A stretch of 63,792 nt of DNA, counting the filler, from Reticulomyxa filosa (lineage: Eukaryota; Protista; Foraminifera): NCBI GenBank assembly GCA_000512085.1. It is 18 parts of 18 records of this genome, joined end to end, with 100 filler letters (N's around TTAATTAATTAA, not from the genome) between each part and the next. Parts side by side here need not be neighbours in the genome. Positions count along the whole stretch, not along the records: positions 62,784 to 63,792 come from ASPP01038378.1; 17 more parts are not named here. One strand, 5' to 3'. Shown piece after piece: positions 63,472 through 63,792 of the stretch (position 1 is its first letter; each line of letters begins with the position of its first letter). The translations under genes were made by a program, and so were the position numbers. Below the pieces are notes generated by a model. That model had not been told where the DNA came from, ran no database searches, and worked only from the letters and a program-made list of their open reading frames with translations.

Positions 63472-63792
63472 GTTTTTGTAATTGGATATATTTCTCGAAA
63501 GAACATACTATTCAAATACTATGCTATTTTACATTTAGAAAAACTCGATTTGCGTTGGATTTTTCGATTTAACCATTTGAATTTTTTTAATTGTAACGAT
63601 TCATTTTTGAATTGTTTAAGTTATTGTTATGCGAAACATAGGGTTGTTGGTTAATGATATTTTTATTAAACATTAACTAATTTTTAATACTAACAATGTT
63701 CTTTGATTCGTTTATGTATAAAAAAATAAAAATTTATCCAGATTCACTTTTTTTTTCTGATAAAAACAGCATCACCACTTGTATGTTATTAC

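Noticed and set aside
1-63792. Alternative genetic code (stop-codon reassignment)
   Set aside because: TAA, TAG and TGA all end conserved genes here (TAT, LSm4, DGAT2), and in-frame stops occur only alongside frameshifts in decayed copies.

Overview
This is not one locus. It is 18 short eukaryotic contigs joined by 17 artificial 100-bp linkers (N-run + TTAATTAATTAA + N-run), so gene neighbourhoods mean something only within a contig. The DNA is AT-rich, has many short introns with A/T and TA tracts, uses the standard genetic code and carries many pseudogenes. A decayed polyubiquitin with an extra Ala at the monomer junctions (LRGG-A-MQI) points to Rhizaria. The expanded WD40 and Kelch-like families suggest a foraminiferan such as Reticulomyxa (inference). 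Recognisable genes or fragments: proteasome alpha-7, HSP90 pseudogene, alpha-kinase, LDAH, AIFM2/FSP1-like, RNF213-like, PMCA, IFT140, LSm4, SEC14-like, WD40, tyrosine aminotransferase, Kelch-like propellers, DGAT2, M16A peptidase, Yippee, MMPL, Tudor-like and LINE remnants. Three signals stand out. (1) A ~30-aa helical box, [I/F]I..W.R......GWI.[D/E]F..I[I/V]..Y, occurs four times on four contigs as its own exon; it sits N-terminal to WD40 repeats in one gene and C-terminal to a Kelch-like propeller in another, making it a candidate portable F-box/SOCS-box-like E3 adaptor module. (2) An OAS-family nucleotidyltransferase-fold protein lacks all three catalytic aspartates. (3) An RNF213/mysterin-like fragment is present. 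All family calls come from motif recognition by eye; no searches were run.
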